From IMG/VR virus record IMGVR_UViG_3300000295_000011: DNA of 57,714 nt; one strand, 5' to 3'. This DNA is from a virus. This document shows positions 7,829 through 17,841 of this stretch, one piece after another (the first letter of the stretch is position 1; each line of letters begins with the position of its first letter). The position numbers and the translations under genes are program-made. The notes under the pieces were generated by a model, which did no database searches, was not told the origin of the DNA, and saw only the letters and a program-made list of their open reading frames with translations.

Positions 7829-7861
7829 AAACTCCCGCGTAAAAAAAACGGGAGTTTTTTA
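7829..7861 (+). terminator. intrinsic terminator
   Basis: AAACTCCCG ... CGGGAGTTT followed by a T-run. Confidence 0.7.
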
Positions 7862-7892
7862 TTCGTCCAGAACATGACTTGAGGAGGTCTGC

Positions 7893-9127
7893 ATGGACAT
7901 CGAAAACCAGACACCCGCCCGTCTCAAGGTGGAATACCGAAAGGTCGCAGACCTCATACCCTACGCCCGAAACGCTCGAACGCATAGCGATGAGCAAGTT
8001 TCTCGCATTGCGGGATCGATCCGAGAATTTGGCTGGACTAACCCAATTCTTGTTGACGGCACAAACGGCATTCTCGCGGGACATGGCCGCCTAGCGGCAG
8101 CACGAAAGCTCGGCATGAGCGAAGTCCCCGTGATCGAATTGGCGGGACTGAGCAAAACACAGAAACGCGCCTACATTCTCGCTGACAACAAGCTCGCATT
8201 GGACGCGGGCTGGGACGACGAACTGCTAAAGGTCGAACTCGAAGAGCTGAAACTGGAAGGCGTGGAACTTGACGACATAGGCTTTTCTTCGGAAGAGCTT
8301 GACGACTTATTGACCGTTGACGATTCTGACGATTCCGACGAGCCTGATATTCCTGAGCCTAAGCCAGACCCTGTATCGAAACGCGGCGACGTTTGGACGC
8401 TTGGTGTTCACCGAGTAATGTGCGGTGATTCATGCTCTGCCACAGATATTTCTAAGCTTGTGGGGGGGGTAGGGTAAACCTCTACCTGACGGACCCTCCC
8501 TACAACGTAGCCTACGAAGGCAAGACGAAAGACGCTCTTACGATTGAAAACGATTCGATGGAGGATGGGGCCTTTAGGCAGTTCCTCGTTGATGCGTTTT
8601 CAATGGCGGACACCGTCCTTGAGCCGGGCGGCGTTTTCTACATCTGGCACGCCGACTCGGAGGGATACAACTTCCGTGGCGCTTGCCGAGACGTTGGCTG
8701 GAAGGTGCGCGAGTGCCTGATCTGGAACAAGAACGCCTTTGTTCTTGGTCGCCAAGACTACCAGTGGAAGCATGAGCCGTGCCTTTACGGATGGAAAGAC
8801 GGCGCGAGTCATGAGTGGTACTCAGACAGAAGCCAGACGACGGTTATCGACTGTGATCGCCCGATGAGAAACGGCGAGCATCCGACGATGAAGCCTGTGG
8901 AGCTTTTCCGTTATTTGATGGAAAACTCAACGAAGAAAGGCGACAGCGTTTTGGACAGCTTTGGCGGCTCGGGGACAACTCTTGTCGCAGCAGAACAGAC
9001 CGGGCGCATTGCGTACCTGATGGAACTTGATCCCGTTTACGTTGATGTCATCATCAAACGTTGGCAGGAAATGACGGGGCTTGAAGCCGTTCGAGATGAC
9101 GGCAAAACCTACAACTCGCTGATTTGA
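7893..9127 (+). pseudogene. ParB-N-domain / N6-N4 DNA methyltransferase fusion, interrupted by a frameshift at a G8 tract
   Basis: ORF 7893..8477 carries the ParB motif ILAGHGRLAAA. The frame open from 8456 to 9127 reads GGRVNLYLTDPPYNVAYEGK ... FGGSGTT. The two frames overlap only at 8456-8477, which contains the G8 tract (8462-8469). One extra G restores a single ORF of about 411 aa. Confidence 0.8.
8462..8469 (+). repeat. poly-G (G8) homopolymer at the methyltransferase frameshift point
   Basis: tGGGGGGGGt read directly from the sequence. Confidence 0.95.
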
Positions 9128-9164
9128 AAACTCTCGGAGGGGTGACCCAGTAACCGAGAGTTTT
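9127..9164. terminator. hairpin terminator after the methyltransferase
   Basis: AAAACTCTCGG, 16-nt loop, CCGAGAGTTTT. 11-bp stem flanked by A- and T-runs. Confidence 0.6.
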
Positions 9165-9236
9165 ACAACCATGTTTGAAGGATTGTCTTAACTCGGCGAA
9201 CATCGGAACTGCCCCGTACCTTCCGAGAGTATTCAT

Positions 9237-9653
9237 ATGGCTAGAACAAAAATTCCAATCGACTTGAGAAAGGTTGAGGAATACGCTCAAGTCTGCGACA
9301 GCGAGGAGGAAATCGCTTTTGCTCTTGGGATTTCCCAAGACACCCTGACTCGCCGAAAACAGGAATATGCGGATTTTGCGGAAGCGATAAAAAGAGGCAA
9401 GGCCAAGGCTAACGTTTTCGTCGGCGGCAAGCTCATGGAAAAGATTCGAGGGGGCGACACGGCCTCCATCATCTTTTACATGAAAGCCCGTTGCGGCTGG
9501 AAGGAAACCTCGCGCAACGAATTGTCGGGCGCGAACGGCGGCGCAATCAAGGTTGACGCCACGCCCGACCTCTCCGGCGTTGATTTGGACAAACTTAAGG
9601 CGGTAAAGGAAATGCTTTATGGCAACTCGACTGCCGACACTGATCGAACTTGA
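9237..9653 (+). CDS. terS: terminase small subunit
   Basis: 138 aa with an N-terminal HTH-like segment (EEIAFALGISQDTLTRRK). Directly upstream of and overlapping TerL. Confidence 0.7.
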   Translation: MARTKIPIDLRKVEEYAQVCDSEEEIAFALGISQDTLTRRKQEYADFAEAIKRGKAKANVFVGGKLMEKIRGGDTASIIFYMKARCGWKETSRNELSGANGGAIKVDATPDLSGVDLDKLKAVKEMLYGNSTADTDRT

Positions 9654-11064
9654 TCAGGAGATTGCGCGGCGCAGCCTGTCCGAGTTCTGCAAGATGGCGT
9701 GGCACGTGCTCGAGCCTGCAACTCCGATCAAGTGGGGCTGGGCGCTCGACGCGATGTGCGAGCACCTCGAGGCCGTGCACAACGGTCAGATCAAGCGCCT
9801 TTTGATGAATGTTCCGCCGGGCATGATGAAATCGCTCTTGACGGGCGTTTTCTTTCCGGCTTGGGAATGGGGCGCAGGCGGACAGCCTTCAATGCGCTAT
9901 CTGACGACGGCGCATAAGGAAGACCTCGCTATCCGAGACAACCTCAAGTGCCGACGCCTGATCTCCTCTGACTGGTATCAGGAGCGATGGGGCGTTGAGC
10001 TGTGTGGCGACCAGAACGCAAAGAAGAAGTTCGAGAACACGGCTACTGGCTTTCGTGAGTCAATGGCTTTCCGAAGCCTTACTGGCTCTCGAGGCGATCG
10101 CATCATCATCGACGACCCGCTGTCTGTCGACGATGCGTTTTCACAGGCCGCGTTGCTCTCCGCTGAGACAACCTTCCTAGAAGCCGTCCCGTCACGAGTG
10201 AACAACAGCGATTCGGCGATCATCGTGATCATGCAGCGCTTGCATGAACGCGATACGTCGGGCGTGATCCTCGCCAAGGAACTCGGCTATGAGCACCTGA
10301 TGCTCCCGATGCGCTTTGAGGAAAACCGCAGGTGTAAAACCTGCATCGGCTTCACCGACCCTCGAAAGAAGGAAGGGGAGCTGCTCTTCCCAGAGCGCTT
10401 CACAGCCTCGCAGGTGGACGAGATGGAAAAGACGATGGGCGGCTACGCTACGGCGGGTCAGTTCCAACAGCGTCCCGTCCCGCGCGGCGGCGGCCTGTTC
10501 AAGGCCGAGTGGATCCAACGGTGGACGCCCGAGATGCTCCCGACGCACTTTGATCGCGTGCTCTGCTCTTGGGACATGACCTTCAAGGGCACGGACCGAA
10601 GCGACTACGTTGTGGGTCAGGTCTGGGGTGCGCGTGACGGCAACTTCTACCTGCTCGACCAGGTTCGCGGGCAATGGGACTTCGTGAAGACGGTCGAGAT
10701 GTTCGAGCGGCTTTCCGAGAAGCACCCAGAGGCCACGCGCAAGCTGGTCGAAGACAAGGCGAACGGTTCTGCCGTGATTGCCACGCTGAAGAAGCACGTG
10801 ACGGGCATCGTCCCGATCACGCCGAAGGAATCCAAGGAAGCACGCGCCTACGCCGTGTCGACGCTCTGGGAGGCGAAGAACGTCTTCCTCCCGCCGGCCA
10901 CGGCCACATGGGTCGACCTTGAGTTCATTCCCGAGCTTTTGGCGTTCCCGGCAAGCGCTCACGACGATATGGTCGACTCAATGACTCAAGCGCTTTCTGA
11001 CCTGACGAAGAACGCGCGTCCGAAGATTCACGCGTCTAACCTCGCCTACCTCCGCAGGGGTTAG
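9619..11064 (+). CDS. terL: terminase large subunit
   Basis: Walker A-like NVPPGMMKS, Walker B IIIDDP, C-terminal nuclease acidic motif AHDDMVDS. 481 aa. Confidence 0.85.
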   Translation: MATRLPTLIELDQEIARRSLSEFCKMAWHVLEPATPIKWGWALDAMCEHLEAVHNGQIKRLLMNVPPGMMKSLLTGVFFPAWEWGAGGQPSMRYLTTAHKEDLAIRDNLKCRRLISSDWYQERWGVELCGDQNAKKKFENTATGFRESMAFRSLTGSRGDRIIIDDPLSVDDAFSQAALLSAETTFLEAVPSRVNNSDSAIIVIMQRLHERDTSGVILAKELGYEHLMLPMRFEENRRCKTCIGFTDPRKKEGELLFPERFTASQVDEMEKTMGGYATAGQFQQRPVPRGGGLFKAEWIQRWTPEMLPTHFDRVLCSWDMTFKGTDRSDYVVGQVWGARDGNFYLLDQVRGQWDFVKTVEMFERLSEKHPEATRKLVEDKANGSAVIATLKKHVTGIVPITPKESKEARAYAVSTLWEAKNVFLPPATATWVDLEFIPELLAFPASAHDDMVDSMTQALSDLTKNARPKIHASNLAYLRRG

Positions 11065-11142
11065 GCAAATAAAACGAAAGCCGCAGGTGCTACCAACACC
11101 GAGCGGCTTTCTTGTTTCAACCTTCATACACAAGGCTGAACC

Positions 11143-11337
11143 ATGAAGGATATTTTACAGGCTTTTGGCGCGTTCTACGCGATGAAGGGGCTTTCTCAGA
11201 TGTTGACTTCACCTCTAAGCCGCGTCCCTGCCGACTGGAAGATCATTCGCGTTTTGCTCACAGCCTCCGCCTGCGTCCTTTTCGGGATGCTGACGGTTTA
11301 CGGCCTTGAGTTCATGGCGAACCACTGGCCGTTCTGA
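11143..11337 (+). CDS. small membrane protein
   Basis: 64 aa with a hydrophobic C-terminal half. Sits between TerL and portal, after hairpin 11071-11115. Confidence 0.4.
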   Translation: MKDILQAFGAFYAMKGLSQMLTSPLSRVPADWKIIRVLLTASACVLFGMLTVYGLEFMANHWPF

Positions 11338-11431
11338 AAACGAGGTTTTCCGCAGGCAATGGGGCGGCACTGGCCACCTACCAACCACCTGCCACTTACT
11401 GGCCATCTACTGGCCTTTCTAGAGGAAAGTT

Positions 11432-12973
11432 ATGGCTAAGAAGATCAAGGCCGAACCGACGCAGGCTGCGCCGCGACGGATCCTGGTCGAGGATGCGCTC
11501 GCTCATGCGATGAAGCGCCCCCTCACCACTGCGGACATCAAGCGCACCTACGCGCTCCCGCAGACACTCGGGTGCAAGCAGTCCGAACGCGTTGCGCTCG
11601 ACCGACAGCTGACCCGCACCGTGGGGTTTGACTCCATGTGCGGCTCGCTCGCGGAACACGCGGCGGCTATGGGTCAGTTCCCGATGACGAGCTTCGTCGG
11701 CTACGGCGCTCTGCAACAGATCGCCCAGAACGGCATGGTCCGCAACTGCATCAAGACCGTGGCGGACGACGTAACCCGCGAATGGATCAAGATCACGGGT
11801 GGAGAGGACACGCCAGCCGAGATGCTCGAGCAGCTCGAGACCGAACAGCGACGCTACCGACTGCAGGAGCTTTTCAATCAGGCCATTGCCAAAGTCGGCT
11901 TCATGGGCGGCGCGTTCATCTTCATCGACACGGGCGCGCAGACCTCGGAAGGCGAGGACGTGGACTTGGAGCTCCCGCTCCGCCTCATCGCCGAGTCTGC
12001 CGAGGTCGGCAAGGATTGCGACCTGCGATTCGTCGTGGTCGACCCCGTGAACGTCTCCCCGGGCGAGTACAACAGCATCGACCCGCTCCGCGCCGACTAC
12101 ATGACGCCGCGCAAGTGGTTCGTCCTCGGTCGCGCGGTTCACGCCTCGCGCCTGCTGCCGCTGTACGCGAACGAGCCTCCCGTGCTCTTCAAGCCCGCGT
12201 ACAACTTCCTCGGCATCCCGCAAGCCCAGATCCTCTGGGACTACATCCTGCATTGGAACGAATGCCGCGTGTATGCGCAGGATCTCATCAAGAAGATGAG
12301 CCTCCTCGTGTACTACACGAACTCGCAGGAACGTATGTCGACGATGGGTGGCATTCAGGAACTCGACTCGGTCATGGAGGTGCTACAGCACTACCGTGAC
12401 AACAACTCGGTGTTCCTCGCGAACACGGACACGGACAAGGTCGAGAACGTCACGACTGCCATCAGCGGCGTCTCCGACATCGTGAAGCAGGCGCAGGAGA
12501 TGATCGCGGCAGTCAACCGCACGCCCGCCGTGAAGCTCTTCGGCATCTCGCCCGCAGGCTTCAACGCTACGGGCGAGTCCGACCTGCGCAACTACAACGA
12601 CCACATCCGCAGTCAGCAGGAACTCTACCGACGCGCCATTCAGACATGCCTTGATGCGCTTCAGCTGAAGCTCTGGGGCAAGATCGACCCCTCGATCTCG
12701 TTCGAGTGGAACGAGGTCGACATGGACAACGAGTCGGCACAGTCCGCGAACTTCAACGCCCGCGTGACGGCCCTTGCCGCGCTCAAGGACCGCAACGCCA
12801 TCTCCGCCGATGAAATGCGTCAGGCGATGCGCCTTGAAAAGTGTTCGCACCTCGCATTCCTTGGCGACGATATGCCCGCAGGCGAGGAAGGGGAGCTGAT
12901 GACCGATGACGGGTCTAGCGACCTGCTCGCGGCCCTCATGGGAGGCAAGCATGAAGACGGCGAGGGCGATTGA
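11432..12973 (+). CDS. portal protein (DUF1073-like)
   Basis: 513 aa. Position after TerL and before a MuF-like gene. Confidence 0.75.
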   Translation: MAKKIKAEPTQAAPRRILVEDALAHAMKRPLTTADIKRTYALPQTLGCKQSERVALDRQLTRTVGFDSMCGSLAEHAAAMGQFPMTSFVGYGALQQIAQNGMVRNCIKTVADDVTREWIKITGGEDTPAEMLEQLETEQRRYRLQELFNQAIAKVGFMGGAFIFIDTGAQTSEGEDVDLELPLRLIAESAEVGKDCDLRFVVVDPVNVSPGEYNSIDPLRADYMTPRKWFVLGRAVHASRLLPLYANEPPVLFKPAYNFLGIPQAQILWDYILHWNECRVYAQDLIKKMSLLVYYTNSQERMSTMGGIQELDSVMEVLQHYRDNNSVFLANTDTDKVENVTTAISGVSDIVKQAQEMIAAVNRTPAVKLFGISPAGFNATGESDLRNYNDHIRSQQELYRRAIQTCLDALQLKLWGKIDPSISFEWNEVDMDNESAQSANFNARVTALAALKDRNAISADEMRQAMRLEKCSHLAFLGDDMPAGEEGELMTDDGSSDLLAALMGGKHEDGEGD

Positions 12974-13853
12974 GCCGAACGCAGGCACGAGGCGAGAGTA
13001 CGCCAAGAGGGTCAACCGACTGGTAAACAAGTTCCTCGACCTGATGACCGACGAGATCCTCCTGCACGTTGCAGACGCGGGTGACCTGGTCGCGCAAGAC
13101 TGGTCGCTTTCCAAGCCGACGCGCAAGGCTGACCGTGAAAAGCTCAGGCGCATTCGTGCGCGGGTACTGGCAGCGTGGAAGCGGGATCCCGCCGCGTTCG
13201 CTGCGGACATCGACGACTACGTGAGTCGCAACATCGTCAGGTGGACAGGGTATCTCGACCGCTCTGCCGAGAAGCTCGCGCAGTGGGTCGCGCGTTCAAT
13301 TGCCGCTGACGTGACGAATGCACAGAAGCAGGCGTACCTCTCCGCAGGAATCTCGCCCGAAGTCTTCAAGGACAAGTGGACGATCCCCGTTGTGCGACAA
13401 CACATCAGTCCGACCGCCGCAAGGCTAATTCCTTCGATCGTGGAGGAGTCGGTCGGGAACATCGAGCGTCTGGCACTGTCCAAGGCCTCGCGCCTGCAAC
13501 AGGTCATCACCGAAGGCCTCGCGCAAGGGCATACGGTTTCCAAGGTCAAGCAAACGCTCAGGTCTTTCGGCGGGTTCGACGAGAGCACCGCGACGAACTG
13601 GGCGATTGACCAGACATGCCGCATCACCCAGAGCATCCTCCGCGCGAACGATGCGGAGCTGGGGGTGACTAAGGGCGTGTGGATCCACGTGCCAGGTCAG
13701 TACACCTCCCGCGAGACGCACCGCGCGCTGCACGGAAAGACGTTCGATCTTGATGTCGGCCTCTACGACAAGGACGTGGGTGCGAACGTCGTCCCCGGAG
13801 AACTCAGGTTCTGCAGGTGCATCTATCGCCCTGTTTTGCCCTTCAACGTTTAA
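12951..13853 (+). CDS. head morphogenesis protein (Mu F / SPP1 gp7-like)
   Basis: GGAGG RBS before the ATG at 12951. C-terminal HRALHGKTF...PGELRFCRCIY resembles the MuF domain signature. Confidence 0.75.
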   Translation: MKTARAIEPNAGTRREYAKRVNRLVNKFLDLMTDEILLHVADAGDLVAQDWSLSKPTRKADREKLRRIRARVLAAWKRDPAAFAADIDDYVSRNIVRWTGYLDRSAEKLAQWVARSIAADVTNAQKQAYLSAGISPEVFKDKWTIPVVRQHISPTAARLIPSIVEESVGNIERLALSKASRLQQVITEGLAQGHTVSKVKQTLRSFGGFDESTATNWAIDQTCRITQSILRANDAELGVTKGVWIHVPGQYTSRETHRALHGKTFDLDVGLYDKDVGANVVPGELRFCRCIYRPVLPFNV

Positions 13854-13858
13854 CGATC

Positions 13859-15307
13859 ATGACTACTTTGGCTTTTGATTCCGCCGTCACTTTTCGTTGG
13901 CACGACGAGGACGGCAGGATGCACGTGGACAGGTCGAACCTCACCAGAGTTCAGGTCGCGCCGTACTACGGACGCGAAATCCCCAACTCTGAAAGGCTCG
14001 GACTTGATCCCGAAAAAATCTACTACGGGTACCGACCTGCCGAGGAGCTGTCCGATCCCGAGACGGTGCGCTCCGTGATCGGCATTCCGATTCAGCTCAA
14101 TCACCACCTCGACTACCCCCACGCGCCCGCCAAGGACACGCGCGTGGGTTCGACTGGGGATTCGGCGAAGTTCGACGGCACGTACCTGAGCAACTCGCTC
14201 CACATTCAGGACGCGGACGCGTGCGCCCGCATCCGAGACGGGAGCATGAGACAGCTTTCACTGGCGTACCACTACGAGCCTGAGATGCACTCGGGTGAGT
14301 GGAACGGCCAGACGTATGACTTCATCATGCGCAGGATTCGCGGACAGCACCTTGCGCTTGTGGAGGAGGGACGAGCAGGGTCTTCCTGCATCGTCGAGGA
14401 TCACGCTTTGGAACTGGGAGAAAAAGCGATGAATGAAGAAACGCCGATCAAGGCGGGCGATGCTCCCGAGGTCGAAGAGACCGAAGTGCGGATCGCCGAC
14501 GAAATCGGAAGGCTCGCGGATGACCTCCGTGACCTCCATGAAACCACCGAAACGGGGGAAATTGTGGACAACGAAACCGCTGTGACCGAAGACACCGACA
14601 AGGCCGCGAAGATCGAGGCCATCGTCGAAGCCTTCAAGCAACGCGGCGCTACCGACGAGGAAGCCGCCGCCCTTCTGCAGGCACTGAACGAGCTCGCCAC
14701 CGCCGAGCCGCAGGCCGCTGATGAGGAGGTCGACCCGACCGCCGCCACGGACGAAGAAGCCGAGGCCGAAAAAGCCGAGGAAGTCAACCCCGTGGTCGAG
14801 GCCGCCAAGGCCGCAGGCGTCGATGCCGACAACCCCGAAGTGCTCAAGGCCTTCGAGGCCGGAATGAACTTCAAGGGCGAGGCCGAGGACGAAGAGCCTG
14901 AAGCAGAGGATGAGGAATGCGCCGCCGACCAGGATGAACCTGCGTGCGACGAAGAACCCGCCGAGGACGAAGAACCTGAAGCCGCTGCCGACGAAGAGGA
15001 GCAGCCCGCCACTGCGCAGGATGCCGCCATTCGCAAGCTCGAGCAGAAGTTCGATGCCATCGACGAGTGCCGAAAGGTTCTCGGTCGTGTTCGCGCGTCC
15101 GCTTTTGACTCCGCAGGTGCGGTCTATCTCGCCGCACTCAAGCAGATGGGCGCTCCCATGCGCGGCGTCACGAAGATGAATGCTCAAGCCGTTTACCTCG
15201 GCTTCATCAGCGGTCAGAAGTCCGCCGCGAAGGGCATTGCTCAGGACTCCAAGCTCGATGAGTCGGCCACGGTCGACCTCGCAACGGGCATCAATGTTCG
15301 TCTCTAA
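13859..15307 (+). CDS. scaffold/prohead protein (DUF2213-like) with a highly acidic central region
   Basis: N-terminal domain followed by long E/D/A-rich stretches. Position before the decoration and capsid genes. Confidence 0.6.
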   Translation: MTTLAFDSAVTFRWHDEDGRMHVDRSNLTRVQVAPYYGREIPNSERLGLDPEKIYYGYRPAEELSDPETVRSVIGIPIQLNHHLDYPHAPAKDTRVGSTGDSAKFDGTYLSNSLHIQDADACARIRDGSMRQLSLAYHYEPEMHSGEWNGQTYDFIMRRIRGQHLALVEEGRAGSSCIVEDHALELGEKAMNEETPIKAGDAPEVEETEVRIADEIGRLADDLRDLHETTETGEIVDNETAVTEDTDKAAKIEAIVEAFKQRGATDEEAAALLQALNELATAEPQAADEEVDPTAATDEEAEAEKAEEVNPVVEAAKAAGVDADNPEVLKAFEAGMNFKGEAEDEEPEAEDEECAADQDEPACDEEPAEDEEPEAAADEEEQPATAQDAAIRKLEQKFDAIDECRKVLGRVRASAFDSAGAVYLAALKQMGAPMRGVTKMNAQAVYLGFISGQKSAAKGIAQDSKLDESATVDLATGINVRL

Positions 15308-15319
15308 GGAAAACAGATT

Positions 15320-15784
15320 ATGCAGAAGACTGTGAATCTTTATCCGAGCGTTGGTCTTCCGGGTCAGGAAGTCGCCGCTCACACTGCGGTCTACACGCCG
15401 CTTAACTACCTCTCCGACGGCACTGCCGCCGCCGGCAAGTTCGTCTTCGAAGGCACGTCCGATAAGAAGGGCGTCGCCTTCCCCGTCGCCTCTGCCAAGG
15501 GTACGACCCTCGTCGGTCTCGTCGAACGCACCTTCACCGCCGCCGTCCCGTGCGGCGTCGACGGCTCCGAAGCCTACCCGAACGGTGCTGAACTCACGAT
15601 CGCCGTGCGCGGTGACTTCTACGTTGAAGCCGCTGGCGAGGCTACGGTCGGTCAGGCCGTCCTTTGCAATCCCGCTGATGGCGCTGTGTCTTACGGCACT
15701 GTCGGCAGCGAAAACGACACCGGCTGGGTCGTCGTCACGGCCGCGAAGGCTCAGGGCGACATCATCATCATCTCCCGCCGATAA
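15320..15784 (+). CDS. head decoration/cement protein (DUF2190 / BPP-1 Bbp16-like)
   Basis: 154 aa, immediately upstream of the major capsid gene. Confidence 0.5.
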   Translation: MQKTVNLYPSVGLPGQEVAAHTAVYTPLNYLSDGTAAAGKFVFEGTSDKKGVAFPVASAKGTTLVGLVERTFTAAVPCGVDGSEAYPNGAELTIAVRGDFYVEAAGEATVGQAVLCNPADGAVSYGTVGSENDTGWVVVTAAKAQGDIIIISRR

Positions 15785-15798
15785 AAGGAGACTGAACA

Positions 15799-16866
15799 AT
15801 GGACACGAATCTCGAATATCTTAAGAGCCTCGGCATCAGCTCCCCGTATGCCGTTGGCGTCATGCCGTACCACCGCGACGCCTCTGGTCGCATCGTCACG
15901 GACTACGCCAAGGTCACGCAGGGCAAGATTGCTCAGGACGCCGCCCTCTCCACCGCCAAGAACGTCGGCGTTCCCGCCGCCCTCGTCACGTACATCGATC
16001 CGCAGGTCACGACGATCCTGTTCGGTGCGATGAACGCCACGAAGCTCTTCAACGAAACGAAGAAGGGCGACTGGGCCGACAGCTTCATGCAGTTCCCGGT
16101 TGAGGAGGTCGTGGGCGACGTTACGCCGTACTCTGACTTCACGAACAACGTCACGTCCGAAGTGAACTACGAGTTCCCGACCCGTGAAAACTTCATCTTC
16201 CAGACGACGCTGAAGTACGGCGAACGCGAACTTGCCACGGGCGCTAAGGCTCGCCTCGAGTTTGCGGGTGCCAAGCAGCGCGGCGCGGCCAATATCCTCG
16301 CCCGTGCGCACAACCGCTTCTACCTCTACGGCGTTGCCGGCAAGCAGAACTACGGCGCTCTCAACGACCCGAACCTGCCTGAGTCCGTCACCCCCGTGTC
16401 GGTCGGCGGCAAGTCCACGTGGGCTGACAAGACCGCCGCCAACACCGACCAGATGGCGAACATTGTCTTCAACGACATCGCCAAGCTCATCAACGAGCTG
16501 ATCAAGAACAACGCCGGCAACGTCGACGCCTCCTGCAAGTTCCGTCTTGCCGTCGCCTCCGACCGCGCCACGTATCTTCAGATGCCGAACGCCTTCGGTC
16601 TGACGGCTCTTGATCTGCTCAAGAGCAACTACCCGAACCTCGAGGTGCTCTACCTTCCCGAGCTCACGACGGAAGCGGGTTCCATGCTCTACTTGACGGT
16701 TCCCGAGCTGTTCGGCGAAGTCACTGCCGAATGCGCTTACTCTGAAAAGATGCGCTTTGGCAACGTCGAAGCCTACTCCACCTCTTGGGTGCAGAAGGCT
16801 ATCGGCGGCACGTGGGGTTGCGTGATCCGCCGCCCGCACCTGATCGCCACGATGCTCGGCATCTAA
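15799..16866 (+). CDS. major capsid protein
   Basis: 355 aa. Position, strong codon bias and GGAG RBS. Confidence 0.75.
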   Translation: MDTNLEYLKSLGISSPYAVGVMPYHRDASGRIVTDYAKVTQGKIAQDAALSTAKNVGVPAALVTYIDPQVTTILFGAMNATKLFNETKKGDWADSFMQFPVEEVVGDVTPYSDFTNNVTSEVNYEFPTRENFIFQTTLKYGERELATGAKARLEFAGAKQRGAANILARAHNRFYLYGVAGKQNYGALNDPNLPESVTPVSVGGKSTWADKTAANTDQMANIVFNDIAKLINELIKNNAGNVDASCKFRLAVASDRATYLQMPNAFGLTALDLLKSNYPNLEVLYLPELTTEAGSMLYLTVPELFGEVTAECAYSEKMRFGNVEAYSTSWVQKAIGGTWGCVIRRPHLIATMLGI

Positions 16867-16947
16867 CCACCATGCCCGAATCTGTTCGGGCTTCCTAGGG
16901 GGCGGGCTTCGGCCTTGCCCCCGCCATCGAACGAGGAGAAAAATTCA

Positions 16948-17421
16948 ATGGCTACCGCTACCAGAAAGAGGGCGCAGGCGACTGCCGCCGAGGGTGTCGA
17001 GGTTCTGACTTCCACCCTTGAAGAAGAAAAGAAGGCCGTCACCGTTGCGGGCGAAACGATTGCCATCGCCTGCTGTCTGCCTTTTGCCCTGCGCTTTGAC
17101 GACATCCCCGACGGCAAGGGTGGCACGAAGTCCATCCGCTTCCCCGGCATCAACGACAATCTGCGCGGCATGAAGTCGGGCGTCCTCGCTATGCCCGGCA
17201 ACGCCCTGTGCGTGCAGCTCCCGAAGTCCGACTGGGAAAACCTGATCGCCGCTCACGGCAAGGAAATCGCCTTCACGGGTCGCAACGGCTCCATGCCCTG
17301 CATCTATCCCGTGAATGACGTGAAGGGCTTCAAGGCCGCCGCGTCCGAGATTGCCGAGATGCGAACGGGCCTCGAGGCCGCCGATCCGACCAAGATGGGC
17401 GTCGAAGTCACCGCCAAGTAA
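16948..17421 (+). CDS. hypothetical structural protein
   Basis: GAGGAG RBS before the ATG at 16948. Confidence 0.5.
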   Translation: MATATRKRAQATAAEGVEVLTSTLEEEKKAVTVAGETIAIACCLPFALRFDDIPDGKGGTKSIRFPGINDNLRGMKSGVLAMPGNALCVQLPKSDWENLIAAHGKEIAFTGRNGSMPCIYPVNDVKGFKAAASEIAEMRTGLEAADPTKMGVEVTAK

Positions 17422-17430
17422 GGAAACAAA

Positions 17431-17838
17431 ATGGCCTTCTATGAACTTGATGCCGCCGCCTTCCGCGCGGCGTACCCCGCTTTCACCGAGGAGGCGGTCA
17501 GCGCAGAACAGCTTGCGGCATCTTGGGAGGCCGTGAAGGTTCTCCTCGGGGACGGTGAAGGAAACTTCCCGTACCCCGAGGCCAAGATGCAACCGATCCT
17601 GTGGGCGGCTCTCTGTCACCTCCTCTCGCTTGACGGGAACGGGTTGGATCAACCCTCCCGCATCGCCTCTGCGACCGAGGGCAGTGTCTCCACGTCGTTC
17701 GAAAACCTGCAGAGCAAGACCGAGGCGGGATCCTGGTGGAACCTGACGAAGTGCGGCGCGCTCTTCTGGGTGCTCACGATGCCGTTCCGCACGGGCACGA
17801 AGCTCTACTACTCGAAGCCCTATCATCCGTGGGGGTAA
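17431..17838 (+). CDS. head-tail connector (DUF4054-like)
   Basis: 135 aa, by position and my recollection of the family. Confidence 0.5.
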   Translation: MAFYELDAAAFRAAYPAFTEEAVSAEQLAASWEAVKVLLGDGEGNFPYPEAKMQPILWAALCHLLSLDGNGLDQPSRIASATEGSVSTSFENLQSKTEAGSWWNLTKCGALFWVLTMPFRTGTKLYYSKPYHPWG

Positions 17839-17841
17839 CTC

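Noticed and set aside
11338-11431. Three ACTGGCC(A) direct repeats upstream of the portal gene as a pac site.
   Set aside because: The repeats are short and irregularly spaced (30 and 11 nt). pac sites usually lie in or near terS, and nothing else supports the idea.
14258-15799. Very long antisense ORFs: 14258..15799(-) 513 aa, 16945..17985(-), 10192..10962(-), 11396..12253(-), 41158..42612(+) 484 aa, 35582..36571(+) and 23744..24712(-).
   Set aside because: These are shadow ORFs typical of GC-rich DNA. They are Arg/Gly/Leu/Val-rich low-complexity translations with no RBS, and they lie fully inside well-supported genes on the other strand.
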